Assembly (NCBI GenBank): GCA_965203295.1
Contig: CBDBCZ010000017.1
Span: 32,001-96,000, forward strand
DNA from: Nitrospirales bacterium
GTDB taxonomy: Bacteria > Nitrospirota > Nitrospiria > Nitrospirales > UBA8639
Length of the DNA: 64,000 nucleotides
Direction: 5' to 3'
Position 1 is the first letter of the stretch. The number at the start of each line of letters is the position of its first letter. The notes under the pieces were generated by a model. The model saw only the letters and a program-made list of their open reading frames with translations. It searched no databases and was not told the DNA's origin. A program made the translations under genes and the position numbers. Below are positions 1 to 64,000 of the stretch, one piece after another.

Positions 1-440
1 ATGCGAAATATCCCAAGGGATGCGAAATATCCCGGGGGATGCGAAATATCCCGGGGATGCGAAATATCCCGGGGATGCGAAATATCCCGGGGGATGCGAA
101 ATATCCCGGGGGATGCGAAATATCCCGGGGATGCGAAATATCCCGGGGATGCGAAATATCCCGGGGATGCGAAATATCCCGGGGATGCGAGATATCCCGG
201 GGATGCGAGATATCCCGGGGATGCGAAATATCCCGGGGGATGCGAAATATCCCAAGGGATGCGAAATATCCCAAGGGATGCAAAATATCCCGGGGGATGC
301 GAAATATCCCGGGGATGCGAAATATCCCGGGGATGCGAAATATCCCGGGGGATGCGAAATATCCCGGGGATGCGAAATATCCCGGGAATGCGAAATATCC
401 CGGGGATGCGAAATATCCCGGGGGATACAAAATATCCCGG
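1..440. repeat. 19-21 bp tandem repeat (GATGCGAAATATCCCGGGG)n, continues beyond the window
   Basis: Directly visible; explains the repetitive ORFs in all three + frames. Confidence 0.95.
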
Positions 441-542
441 CCCTGATATCTCCATAAAATCTGTTATGACATTGGTTGTGCGAAATAACGCTATGGATGC
501 AACATATATCGGGGGATGCGGAATATCTCGGGGGGTGCAAAA

Positions 543-700
543 TGAAGGGCTGAGAACCAGACTGTAGTCCAATCCACAAATTGAATTAACCCTCCAGAAC
601 TTAATGTGTTTCAGAAACTGCCCAAATTTTTAGTTATATGCTCATATATAGCACATTTTATGCAATTTCCTATGCTTGATTTTGGGTTCTCAACCCTTCA
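543..700. mobile_element. Short non-autonomous TIR element, TGAAGGGCTGAGAACC family
   Basis: TGAAGGGCTGAGAACC...GGTTCTCAACCCTTCA; the same termini at 16379-16876, solo ends near 2365 and 5361. Confidence 0.6.
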
Positions 701-886
701 ATTTTCTGTGCAATTTCCATTCAAAAACACAGCGGGGTTAATTGCTCCTTTCCACTTTGGGTGGTTCATGTATATACTCCTGCTATGCCTTTCCCTGACT
801 TTCAACACCTGCATTTAATGCATAAGAAACAGCTAGTACTGTTATATAGCTATACTGCTGTATTAAATGTGCCAACCACGTTGTAG

Positions 887-51748
<50,862 letters not shown>

Positions 51749-52353
51749 TTCCAAGCAGTGCATGGGTACATATTATACAGGTCTTTCATTGATGTCAGCA
51801 TTGTAAAATACTATTATTACTAATTAACTCACACAAGTCATTAATGTATGCAATAACAGTGAAGCTGGGACAGCTGTGTATTAGCTAGCCTCGAACCCAG
51901 GCCTTACACGCCCAGATTTTATCTCCAAGGCTGCGAGATAAAATCTGGGCGTGTAAGGCCTGGGTTCAAGGCTATGTATTAGCTATCGAGACGGACAAAA
52001 GTAGCTTGAAGGAAAGTTACAGGGCTGTATACAGTGTGGTAAGTCATAAGTGTGTAAGTCTGGTAAGTGGTAAGAGTGTTAAGTAGTAAGTGGTAAGCGG
52101 TAATTGGGTAAGTGTGGTATATAAATTTAATGGTGAGTGTAGAAGTGGTAAGTGTGGAAGAGATCCAGCAATGACTGACAGAGAGAGGGACTTAACTCTG
52201 ACCGGAAATGATCTTGCTATGACTGACAGAGGGATCGGAGGCTAACAATTAAACTCACAGATACAACTTAGCTTCGCTCCGTAAATTACAACTCATCAAT
52301 GTTAATTTCTCTTTCACTTGTTTGTACATTTAGAGCGCCTGTCAAAGGATCCG

Positions 52354-52575
52354 CACAGTAAAAAAAGTGGAATATCCTGAAATGTGTTACAAGGAAATTT
52401 AACAGGATATCTGGCATTCACGTATAGGGTAGTATATGATAGGGCAGAATTTCACGATTTTAAAAGAAATTCTGCCCTATCCTATACTACCCTGTACCGG
52501 AAATGCCAGATTTTCTGTCAAATTTCCTTGTAATACATTAATTAATTTTCAGAAAATCACACTCTTCTTCCTGTG
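52354..52575. mobile_element. Palindromic MITE; second copy at about 56715-56905
   Basis: AAAAAAAGTGGA..TGAAATG.GTTACAAGGAAATTT...GATAGGGCAGAATTTC shared by both copies; internal inverted symmetry. Confidence 0.7.
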
Positions 52576-52913
52576 CTGTCCATGGCTACAGCACGAGTTA
52601 ACCAGAAGATAGCTTTAATTGCACCCAGGTACGAGACTATCTGCGTATGCTTGTAAACTACTATAAACAATAAAAGGCAATAATTATGTATTATCAATAA
52701 ACATTACAATAATGTCAAGTAAACAGCAAAACTGGTACCACAGGCCTGATATATAAGCTGCAGCAATTACCTGATGCAACAATAATTTTGATGCTTTAAA
52801 AACAATGACACCAAATACAATCGGGGGGGGGGATATGATACAGTCAGACACTAAAAGAACAGTTTGCCACTCAAGGCACACAATGTCATGGTGCTGTAAC
52901 CAGACACCGACAT

Positions 52914-63416
<10,503 letters not shown>

Positions 63417-63523
63417 GTGTGTGTGTGTGTGTGTGCACACGTGCATGTGTGCATGCGTGTGTGTGTGTGTGTGTGTGTACATGTATGTGTGTGTGTGTGT
63501 GCGTGTGTGTGTGTGTGTGTACA

Positions 63524-63555
<32 letters not shown>

Positions 63556-64000
63556 AGTGTGTGTGCGTGTGTGTGTGTGTGTGTGGTGTAGTTGAATGTG
63601 CACGTGTATGTGTGACTCTTAAGGTTTTGTAAACAGGTCTGTACTCTAACTTAAACCCTTCGATGTAGTGTCCGTCTAGTCCTGCAGCAAGTTTGTTTTA
63701 CTGGATGTATACTTATATACTTAAACCCTTCGATGTAGTGTCTGTCTATAGACTTGCAGATGTGTAAACAGGTCTAGAGCCCTTTTTAGGAGATCTGTAT
63801 GCTCTATTCTGAACACTTAAAGAAGACCCAGTTGGGTCGAAACATCGTGTATGAAGTTTCATCAAACATCCATTTCGCAATCCCGAGACGGTCATGGGCA
63901 ATGTATAGCTCTATACTGGTACATGTAGCTAGCTTCATATATATGTACTTACATGTATGTACATGTACTTAATGGCGGTGTTTAAGAATGCATGTTCACT

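Noticed and set aside
1..567. Repetitive ORFs (MRNIPG/DAKYPG/CEISRG)
   Set aside because: Translations of a stop-free 19-bp satellite in all three frames, inside a CEP290 intron.

Overview
Intron-rich animal genomic DNA; a demosponge-like origin is inferred from gene content and repeat style but is not proven. The + strand carries the 3' part of a CEP290 orthologue (43 exons traced by hand, 887..51748, 5' end outside the window). Converging on it from the right on the - strand is phenylalanine hydroxylase (11 exons, 52914..63342, 5' end outside the window). Four unrelated protein-coding genes are nested antisense in CEP290 introns: a CHST15-like sulfotransferase (with an inverted pseudogene copy in the same intron), an uncharacterised 185-aa secreted protein, a fibrinogen-related-domain protein and an intronless 7TM receptor. 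Introns are full of MITEs, Helentron-type non-autonomous elements, a 1.5-kb foldback element and tandem repeats. The most unusual signals concern splicing architecture: (CA)n tracts in place of polypyrimidine tracts at acceptors and (UG)n tracts at donors with consistent polarity, repeated local duplication of splice junctions, a PAH intron that looks like a tandem array of a mini-intron joined AG|GT, and three GC-AG introns. All coordinates and homology calls were read by eye, with no alignment or database search.
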